Source of the DNA: a virus
Length of the DNA stretch: 64,000 nt
IMG/VR virus record: IMGVR_UViG_3300046328_000321
Span: 49,369 to 113,368 of that record
Direction: 5' to 3' (one strand)
In this document: positions 17,822 through 26,553 of the stretch, one piece after another
Numbering within the stretch: the first letter of the stretch is position 1
Layout of the letters: each line of letters opens with the position of its first letter
The notes under the pieces: generated by a model
Databases searched by the model: none
Told to the model about the DNA's origin: nothing
What the model saw: only the letters and a program-made list of their open reading frames with translations
Position numbers and translations under genes: made by a program

Positions 17822-18151
17822 ATGCAAGTATATAAAGATCACAACGGACTTATCGTCAATAACTTTGAACAAGTACCACAAGACAAAGGACATCTGTATC
17901 ATGTCTTTCTGGCCGAATCCACAGCCTGTGTTTCTTTTCAACGCGGACCTGTACCTAACCATGGTGTTAACGGTTTGACCAACGAGTGTCTGTTAGCTAT
18001 TCTTATTCACAGAACGAGATTCATCAACGATCAATTTCCTTGTGAGGAAAACAGAATGGCCATTGAACATATGGAAAAAGCTCTTCAGAGTTTCAACGAT
18101 CGTACGAATAATAGAATTGCCCGTGGGGTAGAAGGTAAGAATCTATTATGA
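17822..18151 (+). CDS. tad1: Tad1-like immune-signal sponge (anti-Thoeris/anti-CBASS family)
   Basis: FQ.GP....GVNG..NE.L, C.EN..AI...E.AL, R...R..RGVEG match my recollection of the Tad1 family. Confidence 0.75.
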   Translation: MQVYKDHNGLIVNNFEQVPQDKGHLYHVFLAESTACVSFQRGPVPNHGVNGLTNECLLAILIHRTRFINDQFPCEENRMAIEHMEKALQSFNDRTNNRIARGVEGKNLL

Positions 18152-18319
18152 AAAATCAATAGAGGATATTGAAAGTACCTATATAGCCTGTAAGGTTTAC
18201 AGAATGTTAATCAACAGCTATTTTAATATTTAGTGAGATTGATCAGAATACCAAGGTCACCCCTGGTATTCTGATTAAATATTTCTTTTTGTAAAAAATC
18301 TCAATAACATATAATATAC

Positions 18320-18727
18320 TTGACAATTCTGTCAAATCCATATAAGGAAAGTATCATGTCCGATGATGTTAAAACAGTAACAGAGTTGAAAGAAAAGATT
18401 GACGCATTCTTGATGTTGGATATACCAACGATCAAGAATGAAAATACTGGAATTGTTTGGTTCAAAGAAAAGAAAGAAACAATCGGATACGCAGTTACTC
18501 CTGTGGATTCTGAATATTCCATAGCTGATGATTGTCCTACCACAGCTTTGTCTTATGAGCTTTCTGGATATTTGATTACCTCTGAAGGACAAGCTTGGTT
18601 TAGAAGACATACCATTCTAAGAACTATTTCTAACGATAATTATAAAATTATCAGAGGAGAATATGATTCTTTCGGCTGGTTGTCAGGTGTGTTGATAACA
18701 CCCAAAGGACGAGTTAGTTTCGGTTAA
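18320..18727 (+). CDS. Hypothetical protein
   Basis: Promoter motif and AAGGA RBS; C-terminal DSFGWL.G..TPKG.V.FG motif. Confidence 0.6.
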   Translation: MTILSNPYKESIMSDDVKTVTELKEKIDAFLMLDIPTIKNENTGIVWFKEKKETIGYAVTPVDSEYSIADDCPTTALSYELSGYLITSEGQAWFRRHTILRTISNDNYKIIRGEYDSFGWLSGVLITPKGRVSFG

Positions 18728-18823
18728 CTCTTGTAAAAGATTTCAGTCACATATATTCTATTTGAGCTATCGCTGTGGTTTAAGCTGATATATCTGTCAG
18801 TACTATCAGCTAAGGAGATAAAT

Positions 18824-18904
18824 GTGGATACCATCGACGTAGTTGTCAGCATTGGTAGTTTTATTTACATTATCTTTCTGGTGAAAGATACATTGAAAAA
18901 GTGA
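18824..18904 (+). CDS. 26-aa single-TM micropeptide MDTIDVVVSIGSFIYIIFLVKDTLKK
   Basis: Own promoter motif, AAGGAG RBS 6 nt before GTG, own terminator; absent from the ORF track. Confidence 0.55.
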   Translation: MDTIDVVVSIGSFIYIIFLVKDTLKK

Positions 18905-18907
18905 TAT

Positions 18908-18948
18908 AAATATATACACAGCCTGATAAGCTGTGTATATATTTTTTT
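18908..18948 (+). terminator. Repeated cassette terminator
   Basis: ATATACACAGC-CTGATAA-GCTGTGTATAT plus T-run; near-identical copies at ~24323, 47684, 48574. Confidence 0.8.
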
Positions 18949-19042
18949 AGCTCTTCTAGACTATCTCAATCACTTATACTTTATTTGAGCTATTATAGTT
19001 TAAACTGATGTATCTGTCAGTAGTGTATATAAGGAGATACAA

Positions 19043-19186
19043 ATGACTATCGTTACTAATCAAGAAGGTACCTTTCATTATAATGAAAAGGGTGAATATC
19101 ACCGTGAAGATGGACCTGCTATCAAAGATACGCATAGTGGTAAAAAATACTGGGTTTGTGGTGTTAAACAAGTAGATCTTGTTTAA
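19043..19186 (+). CDS. HRxDGPA-repeat family protein, single repeat (47 aa)
   Basis: MTIVTNQEGTFHYNEKGEYHREDGPAIKD...YWVCGVKQ; shared leader and RBS; absent from the ORF track. Confidence 0.7.
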   Translation: MTIVTNQEGTFHYNEKGEYHREDGPAIKDTHSGKKYWVCGVKQVDLV

Positions 19187-19358
19187 CTAATGTGTGGTGA
19201 TTTATATTTTAAATCTTTTTACAGATGTAGGTCATAATTTGAAACTCATGTTTTAAACCCTATAAAACATGATTCAATTGTTTATACATAATATCGTTTA
19301 TTAAAATAAACAGTAAACACCATTAACATTAAATTAAATCTAAATAAAGAGAACCATT

Positions 19359-20204
19359 ATGTTTCTTAATTTTCTTCAAAATAACAATACCACTGTTATA
19401 AAGACAGCTGACGATGCTAAATTATTTTTAGGATTTTTCAATGACTATAAACAAAATAGACAAAAAATTGAGAACAGATTAAAATATCTCTCAGGTGATG
19501 GAAACTCATCCATCACTATACTCACTGAACAACGTGATAATTTTCTAAAGCAAGAAAATATTTGTTTAACAGCTTTAACTAAATATGCTAAAAATCATCA
19601 CATGGCAAGTTGGTTTAAAGGTGTTTACGGATTAAGCCATGTTTTAGAAGCTGGTCTTGTTGCACATATTGATATAACAAAGGCTCCAACTGTCGGCCAT
19701 ATTTGGTCTTACTGTGGTTTAGATCCTAAAAAAATTGATATGATTGGTCAACAAAATCACAGTCAAACTTTAAAAAGAATTACTTGGTTAATAGGTTTTA
19801 GTTTTAAACATTTTAGTCATCATGATGAATGTCTATATGGTAAATTGTATCTTAAACGTAAAGAATACGAAACAAATAAAAATTTAAATTTAGAATATTC
19901 TAAAACAGCTAAACGTTATTACGACAGTGAAAAATATACAGATGATAAGTCTAAAGAGATATTAAAAAATGGTATGCTGACTGAACCACATATCGATGCT
20001 CGTGCACGTAGATGGACAGTAAAAATATTTTTATCCCATTTACATCAAGTTTGGTACGAACGTCATTATGGTAGACCACCACCCATGCCTTTTGACAATT
20101 CAAAACTGTCAGAAGATGATTTTAAACTATCTCATGAACATTTTGTTTCAAAACCAATTGCTAAAACAGATAAAAACACACTGACGAGCATACATGTATT
20201 GTAA
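19359..20204 (+). CDS. IS110/IS116-related Nop-domain protein lacking the RuvC domain (TasA-like)
   Basis: N-terminal coiled coil, then G..G....A.LVAHIDI..APTVGHIWSYCGLDP, YG.LY..RKEYE, HI.ARA.R..VK.FLSHL; no N-terminal DEDD domain. Confidence 0.65.
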   Translation: MFLNFLQNNNTTVIKTADDAKLFLGFFNDYKQNRQKIENRLKYLSGDGNSSITILTEQRDNFLKQENICLTALTKYAKNHHMASWFKGVYGLSHVLEAGLVAHIDITKAPTVGHIWSYCGLDPKKIDMIGQQNHSQTLKRITWLIGFSFKHFSHHDECLYGKLYLKRKEYETNKNLNLEYSKTAKRYYDSEKYTDDKSKEILKNGMLTEPHIDARARRWTVKIFLSHLHQVWYERHYGRPPPMPFDNSKLSEDDFKLSHEHFVSKPIAKTDKNTLTSIHVL

Positions 20205-20459
20205 TCAATAATGATGTCAGTTAATAATTTTCAATGTAATTTAAAATAGCTATAATACTATGGAAGAAAAAGTAGATCTTTTAATTCAAGAGGCAGGTAC
20301 GATTTCTCCCACTTAAATTTACCTTGACAAGTCATAACCGACCAAGGACGTAACGAGAATTTCTACCTATAGTTAATTGAATTAAATTTCCACCTACATC
20401 CTGTTTATCGGTAGTTTGTATGTTTTACATGCATTTAAATTTACCGATAAAAAATTGAA

Positions 20460-20499
20460 CTCCAGAGAAGCTTCGGCTTCTCTGGTTTTCTTTTTTTTT
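20460..20499 (+). terminator. Intrinsic terminator
   Basis: CCAGAGAAGC-TTCG-GCTTCTCTGG plus T-run. Confidence 0.85.
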
Positions 20500-20541
20500 A
20501 GAAATTATCTGGCCCTTAGACTTAACCAGGATGTTTTCATC

Positions 20542-20730
20542 ATGTCAGAATCTGAAACAATTGTAACTGAACTTAAAATGAGACTAACAGATTGTCAGAT
20601 AAGACTAAAAACTTTAGAAGAAAACTCTATAAGACAAACCAATGAACTTTCATATCTGGCAATACAGCTTGGTAAGATGGGTCTGAATAACACAGCTAAA
20701 ATACCCGCTCTGTTAAAACCTAAGGTTTAA
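20542..20730 (+). CDS. Small coiled-coil protein
   Basis: AGGA RBS; MSESETIVTELK heptad pattern. Confidence 0.5.
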   Translation: MSESETIVTELKMRLTDCQIRLKTLEENSIRQTNELSYLAIQLGKMGLNNTAKIPALLKPKV

Positions 20731-20810
20731 TAATATTTATAGAATTTATATGTAAATATGATTTTAAAATAAGTTTTATTTACATTCTATAACAATATGT
20801 TGGTGGTATA

Positions 20811-21512
20811 ATGACACGAATGACTTTACGTGAAATGAGTGAAATGGGAAAACAGCATAAAAAATCAACAGTTAACTATACGGAATTAACAAAATCGTAT
20901 AAAACAGGTCATGATATATCTTTGCTAGATACTATTGCTTCAGATTTAGATTTAATTGATTATATTAAAGCACATAAGAAAATATATTGTTTAGATGCAC
21001 ATTGTGTCCACCCTAATTATAGGTTAGATATAATCTATGCTTTAAATGTATTTGAAGGTTGTCAACATTATGATCTGACTTTAAAAGAAAAGAAATTAGC
21101 CATTATAGCTGCTCTTTTTAGAAATATTAAAAAGTCAACAGTTACTTCAAATGTGTACAGGCAATTACAGCAAGATGGTAGAAGTATTGATGTTAAAGAC
21201 ATAGATATTTTAGATACTGTATTTCATCTGAATAAACGAAAAACAAAACCATCTAAAAATGATACAGTCATATCTATGATTCTTTGGGATGCTAGATATA
21301 TGTATCTTTATAATCCAGATTTAAATAGATTAGATTATTTGCTAGAAGTGTTTCAGGGTAAAGAAGTTAATGAACTTGCTGCAAGTTACATGGCTAGAAA
21401 AATTATTAATATTGAATTTACTACCAATTGGGGCAGATTAAAAGCTTTTAAACTCAATTGGTCAGATGTTGTTATCAACATCTATAAAGATTGGAAAATG
21501 GCAGTTATTTAA
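20811..21512 (+). CDS. Degenerate HD-domain-like protein
   Basis: IAALF.N and ILWDA segments resemble the HD fold, but H/D ligands are not intact. Confidence 0.35.
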   Translation: MTRMTLREMSEMGKQHKKSTVNYTELTKSYKTGHDISLLDTIASDLDLIDYIKAHKKIYCLDAHCVHPNYRLDIIYALNVFEGCQHYDLTLKEKKLAIIAALFRNIKKSTVTSNVYRQLQQDGRSIDVKDIDILDTVFHLNKRKTKPSKNDTVISMILWDARYMYLYNPDLNRLDYLLEVFQGKEVNELAASYMARKIINIEFTTNWGRLKAFKLNWSDVVINIYKDWKMAVI

Positions 21513-21592
21513 ATATTGACACCTTACCACCTGAAAGGGTGGTAAGGTGTCTTCATCTTATTTTATATCTCAGTTCTATCGTTTGATAAGGA

Positions 21593-23722
21593 GTGAATAT
21601 GTCTAGTAATCCATTTTTGAAATCAGCAGATGAATATGATAGGGATATAGATCCTATCAAACATTATATTTCCCAATCAGCTTATTTTCTTCATAAGCAA
21701 AAAGGTAAATCCATAGCCTACTATGAGGAACAGCTAAGGAAAAAACTGTTTGATGGTTCTATTCCAGATATACGTAACCCCACCGTAACTCATTACGAAC
21801 GTGGAGAAAATGGTGACCGTTATGTTACCAAATCAGGTCTTTATCAATATATCACCGGTGTGCAAAAAACCAATAGAATCATAGCTCCTACATTCACTAC
21901 ATATTTATCATCCAAGGAACAACCTTCTATTCTTGTAGACTTTGTAGACGATAACGTAGCTGGTAGGTCTAAATCTAAGAAAGAAGCATTTGTTGCTAAA
22001 ACAGATGGTAACATGGTGCTGTTTGCCATCAAAGATAATGAACAGAATAATAAGAAGACTTATAATAACTCTTTGTCTGGTGCTTTTGGATCTAAGGGTT
22101 CACCTTTTTATAACCCAACAGCCCACAGTACTTTAACCAGCACAGTCAGAACAGAAAGTTCATTAGGTAATGCACTCAATGAAAAAATCGTAGCTGGCAG
22201 TAGACATTATAAAGACATCCAAACTACTTTAAACAATGTGATTACACTTTCAATGAGTGTGGATCAAGAGTTTAAAAATACTATTCATAAATACAAATTA
22301 CACATGCCTACAATAGATGAGACCATGGATTGTATTCAGTACTCATCTAAGTTGTATTGGTTAGACAGCAGAGGTACTGCCTCTATACGCAGATTAGTAG
22401 AAAAATTAGATGGATATGAAAGAGCTGCTGTGGTTTATATCAGCGATCTTTATCATATTCGTAAACATAATGAAAATTTCATCAGACAATTTTTGTTCAG
22501 AATATCCAGGAAAATTACTGATAAAATTTATGACGAACCCATTAAAGTCATCCATAATCTTGATGAAAGCTTTGTAAATTACGGACATCAGATATGTCAG
22601 ACAGAGATGAGAGGGTTTGGTAAGAAATATAATGAACTTTCTTTAGAATCTGTTAATACCGTAGCTGCTACTTGTGTGAACATAAAAACAATAGTGGATG
22701 AATATCTAGATTTCATAAGAAGTTTTTTTCTAACTAATAACGTACCTGCTAGTACAGCATTTATACCCAACATGATGCGTAGAGCTGTGGTTCTAAGTGA
22801 CACAGATTCCACCATGTTTTCAGTAGATGATTATGTGCAATGGTATTTTGGCGAATTGTGTTTTCACGATGAGGCTTTTGCAATAGCAGGTGCTGTAGTT
22901 TTTTTGGCTACTCAATGTATCGCGCATACGTTGGCTATTTTTTCTTCCAACATGGGTGTGGATAAGAAAAAGCTTTTTCAGATAGCTATGAAACCAGAGT
23001 TTGTGTTTCCTGTATTTGCCCAAACACCTGTATCTAAACATTATTTTACTTTTAAAACCATTCAAGAAGGTAATGTTTATAAGAAACCAGATTTTGAAAT
23101 CAAAGGTGTGCATCTGAAAAATTCCGCTTCCCCAGTGGAAGTGATTAAAGATGCCACAGGTTTGATGGAGAAATTACTTTTAGATATTTACGCAGGTAAG
23201 AAAATTAGATTGGCTGAAGTGATTAAACATATAGCCGATCTAGAAAAAACCATTATTAAATCTTTGCTTACTGGTGAGGTTACTTATTATAAGAGAAGTA
23301 AAGTCAAATCCAAAGAAAGTTATTCTCAAGATGAGGATCAGTCTAATTTTAAATGGCATAAATTTTGGCAACTTGTTTTTCAACCTACATATGGTGAAAT
23401 ACCCCTACCACCTTACAGTGTTTTGAAAGTACCAACCACAGTGACCAATATCACTGGGTATAAAGAGTGGTTAGATAAGATAGATAACGATTCTTTTAAG
23501 CAAGCTTTAATGGGATGGATGGCATCCCGTAATAAAGTAGATTTACCTACTTTATATATACCCATGGATTATGTATTAGCTAGAGGTATGCCTAAAGAAG
23601 CTTTGGCTGTGTTAGATGCAGAAAAAATTGTATTGGATCTTACAAGTACGTATAGACTTATATTAGGCAGTTTGGGATTTTACGGTAAAACAAACATGTC
23701 TTTGACAGCTCAAGGTTATTAA
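21593..23722 (+). CDS. Jumbo-phage family B DNA polymerase, polymerase subunit (phiKZ gp50-like)
   Basis: K..NNS.SG, SDTDS, KHY, EIKGVHL motifs; synteny. Confidence 0.88.
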   Translation: MNMSSNPFLKSADEYDRDIDPIKHYISQSAYFLHKQKGKSIAYYEEQLRKKLFDGSIPDIRNPTVTHYERGENGDRYVTKSGLYQYITGVQKTNRIIAPTFTTYLSSKEQPSILVDFVDDNVAGRSKSKKEAFVAKTDGNMVLFAIKDNEQNNKKTYNNSLSGAFGSKGSPFYNPTAHSTLTSTVRTESSLGNALNEKIVAGSRHYKDIQTTLNNVITLSMSVDQEFKNTIHKYKLHMPTIDETMDCIQYSSKLYWLDSRGTASIRRLVEKLDGYERAAVVYISDLYHIRKHNENFIRQFLFRISRKITDKIYDEPIKVIHNLDESFVNYGHQICQTEMRGFGKKYNELSLESVNTVAATCVNIKTIVDEYLDFIRSFFLTNNVPASTAFIPNMMRRAVVLSDTDSTMFSVDDYVQWYFGELCFHDEAFAIAGAVVFLATQCIAHTLAIFSSNMGVDKKKLFQIAMKPEFVFPVFAQTPVSKHYFTFKTIQEGNVYKKPDFEIKGVHLKNSASPVEVIKDATGLMEKLLLDIYAGKKIRLAEVIKHIADLEKTIIKSLLTGEVTYYKRSKVKSKESYSQDEDQSNFKWHKFWQLVFQPTYGEIPLPPYSVLKVPTTVTNITGYKEWLDKIDNDSFKQALMGWMASRNKVDLPTLYIPMDYVLARGMPKEALAVLDAEKIVLDLTSTYRLILGSLGFYGKTNMSLTAQGY

Positions 23723-23821
23723 ACCATATTCACTCCTCTTCTAGACTATTTTAAGTATACATACTTTATTTGAGCTATTACAGTTTAAACTGATGTATCT
23801 GTCAGTACTGTATATAAGGAG

Positions 23822-24316
23822 ATGAAGATGACTGTAATTACAAACCAGTATGGTACCTTTCATTATAATGAAAAGGGTGAATATCACCGTGAAGATGGTC
23901 CTGCTATAGAAGGTACCAATGGTGATAAAGCCTGGTATCTGAACGGTAAACTTCATCGCACAGATGGTCCTGCTGTCCAAGATGTGAGTGGTACTAAAGA
24001 ATGGTGGGTCAACGGCAAACGGCACCGGATCGACGGTCCTGCTATTGAAACATTAGGTGGTTATAAAGCCTGGTTCGTTAACGATCAACGACATCGTACA
24101 GATGGTCCTGCTGTCGAATATGTAAATGGTGATAAAACATACTGGGTCAATGATCAACACCATCGTGAAGATGGACCTGCTGTGGAAGGTGCGGATGGTT
24201 ATAAAGCCTGGTATCTGAACGGTAAACTTCATCGTACAGATGGTCCTGCTGTAATATGGATAAATGATTATAAACAATACTGGGTTAACGGTGTTAAACA
24301 AAACCCACCTGGTTAA
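23822..24316 (+). CDS. HRxDGPA-repeat protein, six repeats
   Basis: 22-aa repeats; cassette promoter and terminator. Confidence 0.85.
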   Translation: MKMTVITNQYGTFHYNEKGEYHREDGPAIEGTNGDKAWYLNGKLHRTDGPAVQDVSGTKEWWVNGKRHRIDGPAIETLGGYKAWFVNDQRHRTDGPAVEYVNGDKTYWVNDQHHREDGPAVEGADGYKAWYLNGKLHRTDGPAVIWINDYKQYWVNGVKQNPPG

Positions 24317-24368
24317 CTGATATAAATATACACACAGCTTATCAGGCTGTGTGTATATTTTTTTTGTT

Positions 24369-25178
24369 TTAAATACCAGGACTTATTTGCAGTCTAATAA
24401 ATCTACTATAATTCGTAGCAGAGTTCATGAAATTAACAGCTTGCCAAACTTCCCTTAATTGAGTCTGATACATTTCTTCACTATCTGCCAAACCATCCAC
24501 ATAATTCTTAAACGCACCCAATTCTTGACCACCAGACAAAAATGCCTGATCAATCCGAATTAACATAGTGTTATAAATATAAGCTTTAACAGCTAATTCA
24601 CATAACTTACAAAATACATGCCAAGATCTTGGATTGATATTTTCCATATTCTGTTCATTACCCACTACACATCTCAATACATAATAGTAATTGGGATGTG
24701 AGCTATCTCTAATAACTACAGTGGACCGCTCTACCAATTCAGCTGTAGCATTGGACATAATAGGTACCGAGGAGAAGGAATTACCTACTCTAGCAGCAAC
24801 ACCCAATACATCACTGGAACATTCATTATTAATAGCAGGAAATCCGTTGTTACCTATTCCATAAGGAGCTAATCCCACACTTAACACAGACATAATACTT
24901 CTATTATTCAATCTTTCAGGTGGGATGTGATATAAGAGACTATATCTGTCTATATATTCAGGATTTAATCCATCTAAAGGAATCAAAGTGATTTGACCTC
25001 CCACGATATTGGTGTCCAATACCACTCTAGGTTTAATAACTTTACTTAATATTTCAGAATCCATACTCACAGGAGCCATAGGTCTCCAAGATCCATAGTT
25101 AGGACGAAATGTTTCTTGTAACACTTGGATAGGTATTCTATATTTGACCTCATCCAAAGCTTTTGTCATGATGGACAT
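24369..25178 (-). CDS. Conserved phiKZ-like protein (gp52-like), probable virion protein
   Basis: Synteny between DNA polymerase and chimallin; LSGGQELG.FK motif. Confidence 0.55.
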   Translation of the reverse strand: MSIMTKALDEVKYRIPIQVLQETFRPNYGSWRPMAPVSMDSEILSKVIKPRVVLDTNIVGGQITLIPLDGLNPEYIDRYSLLYHIPPERLNNRSIMSVLSVGLAPYGIGNNGFPAINNECSSDVLGVAARVGNSFSSVPIMSNATAELVERSTVVIRDSSHPNYYYVLRCVVGNEQNMENINPRSWHVFCKLCELAVKAYIYNTMLIRIDQAFLSGGQELGAFKNYVDGLADSEEMYQTQLREVWQAVNFMNSATNYSRFIRLQISPGI

Positions 25179-25187
25179 AAAGTATCC

Positions 25188-26318
25188 TTATTTAGAAAAT
25201 TCATTAGCAAATATGATGTCATCCATAAACAGTTCATCTTTTTTCATAAAATCTAAACTGTTGTCTCTGTCTAATCTAGCAAGGTCATTTCTAAGATCTT
25301 GAATATAGAAATTATTTAATCTCCTACCCTTCTCAGGATTTTGAGTCAATAACAGTTCCATAGTGCGTCGTTTAGCCATTAACAAATACCACCAGACTTG
25401 TTTAGTAGGTGCTAAATCAGGCATCAAACCAAACTCTTGAAAGTCTTCTGAATAGACAGAAGGTATCAGTTTTAATACACTATAGTAATGCATAGGTTTA
25501 CGTTTTACATGTTTGACTAACTCATATAAGACATTATCCAAACTCGTATCTTGATCGATTATAGGAAAAGGGTGATTCTTATAAGTATCACCCATAGGCT
25601 GACCTGTTAGTAAATTATTAAACCTATTAAAGATCACCAACTCTAAATGAGATCTCATCATGTTAGGTAGCACATACCGCATGATAAATTGCGAGATAGG
25701 GGCAATTCCACCATCTGTATTTATTCTAATGTCAAGTTGTTTTTCATAAAAAGCACGATACATCAGTAACAGTTTAGGTATATCTATCTTGACATAATTA
25801 ATACCTTCTTCTGAATTATAATTAGGATTATCAGGTATTAGAAACCTAGTGTTACTTACATTGTGGGTAATAACCTCTACAGGTCTCATATTTTCCCAAT
25901 TTCTATAAGCTTCTTCTACATCAAAGTAATCAGAAACAGAAAGTAAACAAGTCAATCCTCTGTATAAAAAATCTTTTCTGAATCTTCCAAAACTAACTTC
26001 TGATGTAAGTTCGAAATGGCGAGCGTAGTTATTAACTCTTAAGTTATTAAGTTGGTTGAATCTGTATATATCCAAAGACATACCAGACAAAGCTGTTGTG
26101 ATGATCCTGCAAAATAAATGTTTACTTCTAACAGAAAATCCAGATGTCCTATAATAGTTTTCAATTTTAGTAATTTGTTTTTGAAAATTTCTTTTTATCA
26201 AATCAAATTGGCCTGGACGTATGAGGTCGTTGTTTTCTTGATAGTGTTTTGTGAACAACTCGTACATGATGATGTCTTTTTTAATAGAACTATAGGATTG
26301 CTGGTAAGATTGGAACAT
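25188..26318 (-). CDS. Conserved phiKZ-like hypothetical protein
   Basis: Long ORF divergent from chimallin. Confidence 0.6.
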   Translation of the reverse strand: MFQSYQQSYSSIKKDIIMYELFTKHYQENNDLIRPGQFDLIKRNFQKQITKIENYYRTSGFSVRSKHLFCRIITTALSGMSLDIYRFNQLNNLRVNNYARHFELTSEVSFGRFRKDFLYRGLTCLLSVSDYFDVEEAYRNWENMRPVEVITHNVSNTRFLIPDNPNYNSEEGINYVKIDIPKLLLMYRAFYEKQLDIRINTDGGIAPISQFIMRYVLPNMMRSHLELVIFNRFNNLLTGQPMGDTYKNHPFPIIDQDTSLDNVLYELVKHVKRKPMHYYSVLKLIPSVYSEDFQEFGLMPDLAPTKQVWWYLLMAKRRTMELLLTQNPEKGRRLNNFYIQDLRNDLARLDRDNSLDFMKKDELFMDDIIFANEFSK

Positions 26319-26553
26319 TTTTTACGGATAGTGTACTTATAATATGGAACTTAACGTTCAATCAATTCAGAGGGTAACCTCTGAGTAAATCATTGGTCGC
26401 GAATTTTCCCGTTTCTAAAAAAACTAGGACTTACATACTTAATATGGAGTCGCTGGTTGATTAGTTTCAACGGGTAGTTCTACTTAGTCTTTAGTCATAA
26501 AGGCTGATTGTGCACAATCATTATTTAACTTCCATACTTCAAGGAAAATCAAA

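Noticed and set aside
19187-20499. TIGR array or complete IS110 element
   Set aside because: No convincing 36-nt dual-repeat periodicity by eye, no DEDD domain and no definable element ends.
26424-26436. TAGGACTTACA upstream of chmA as another copy of the island repeat
   Set aside because: No partner repeat or GC shift; it overlaps the promoter motif and is probably coincidental.
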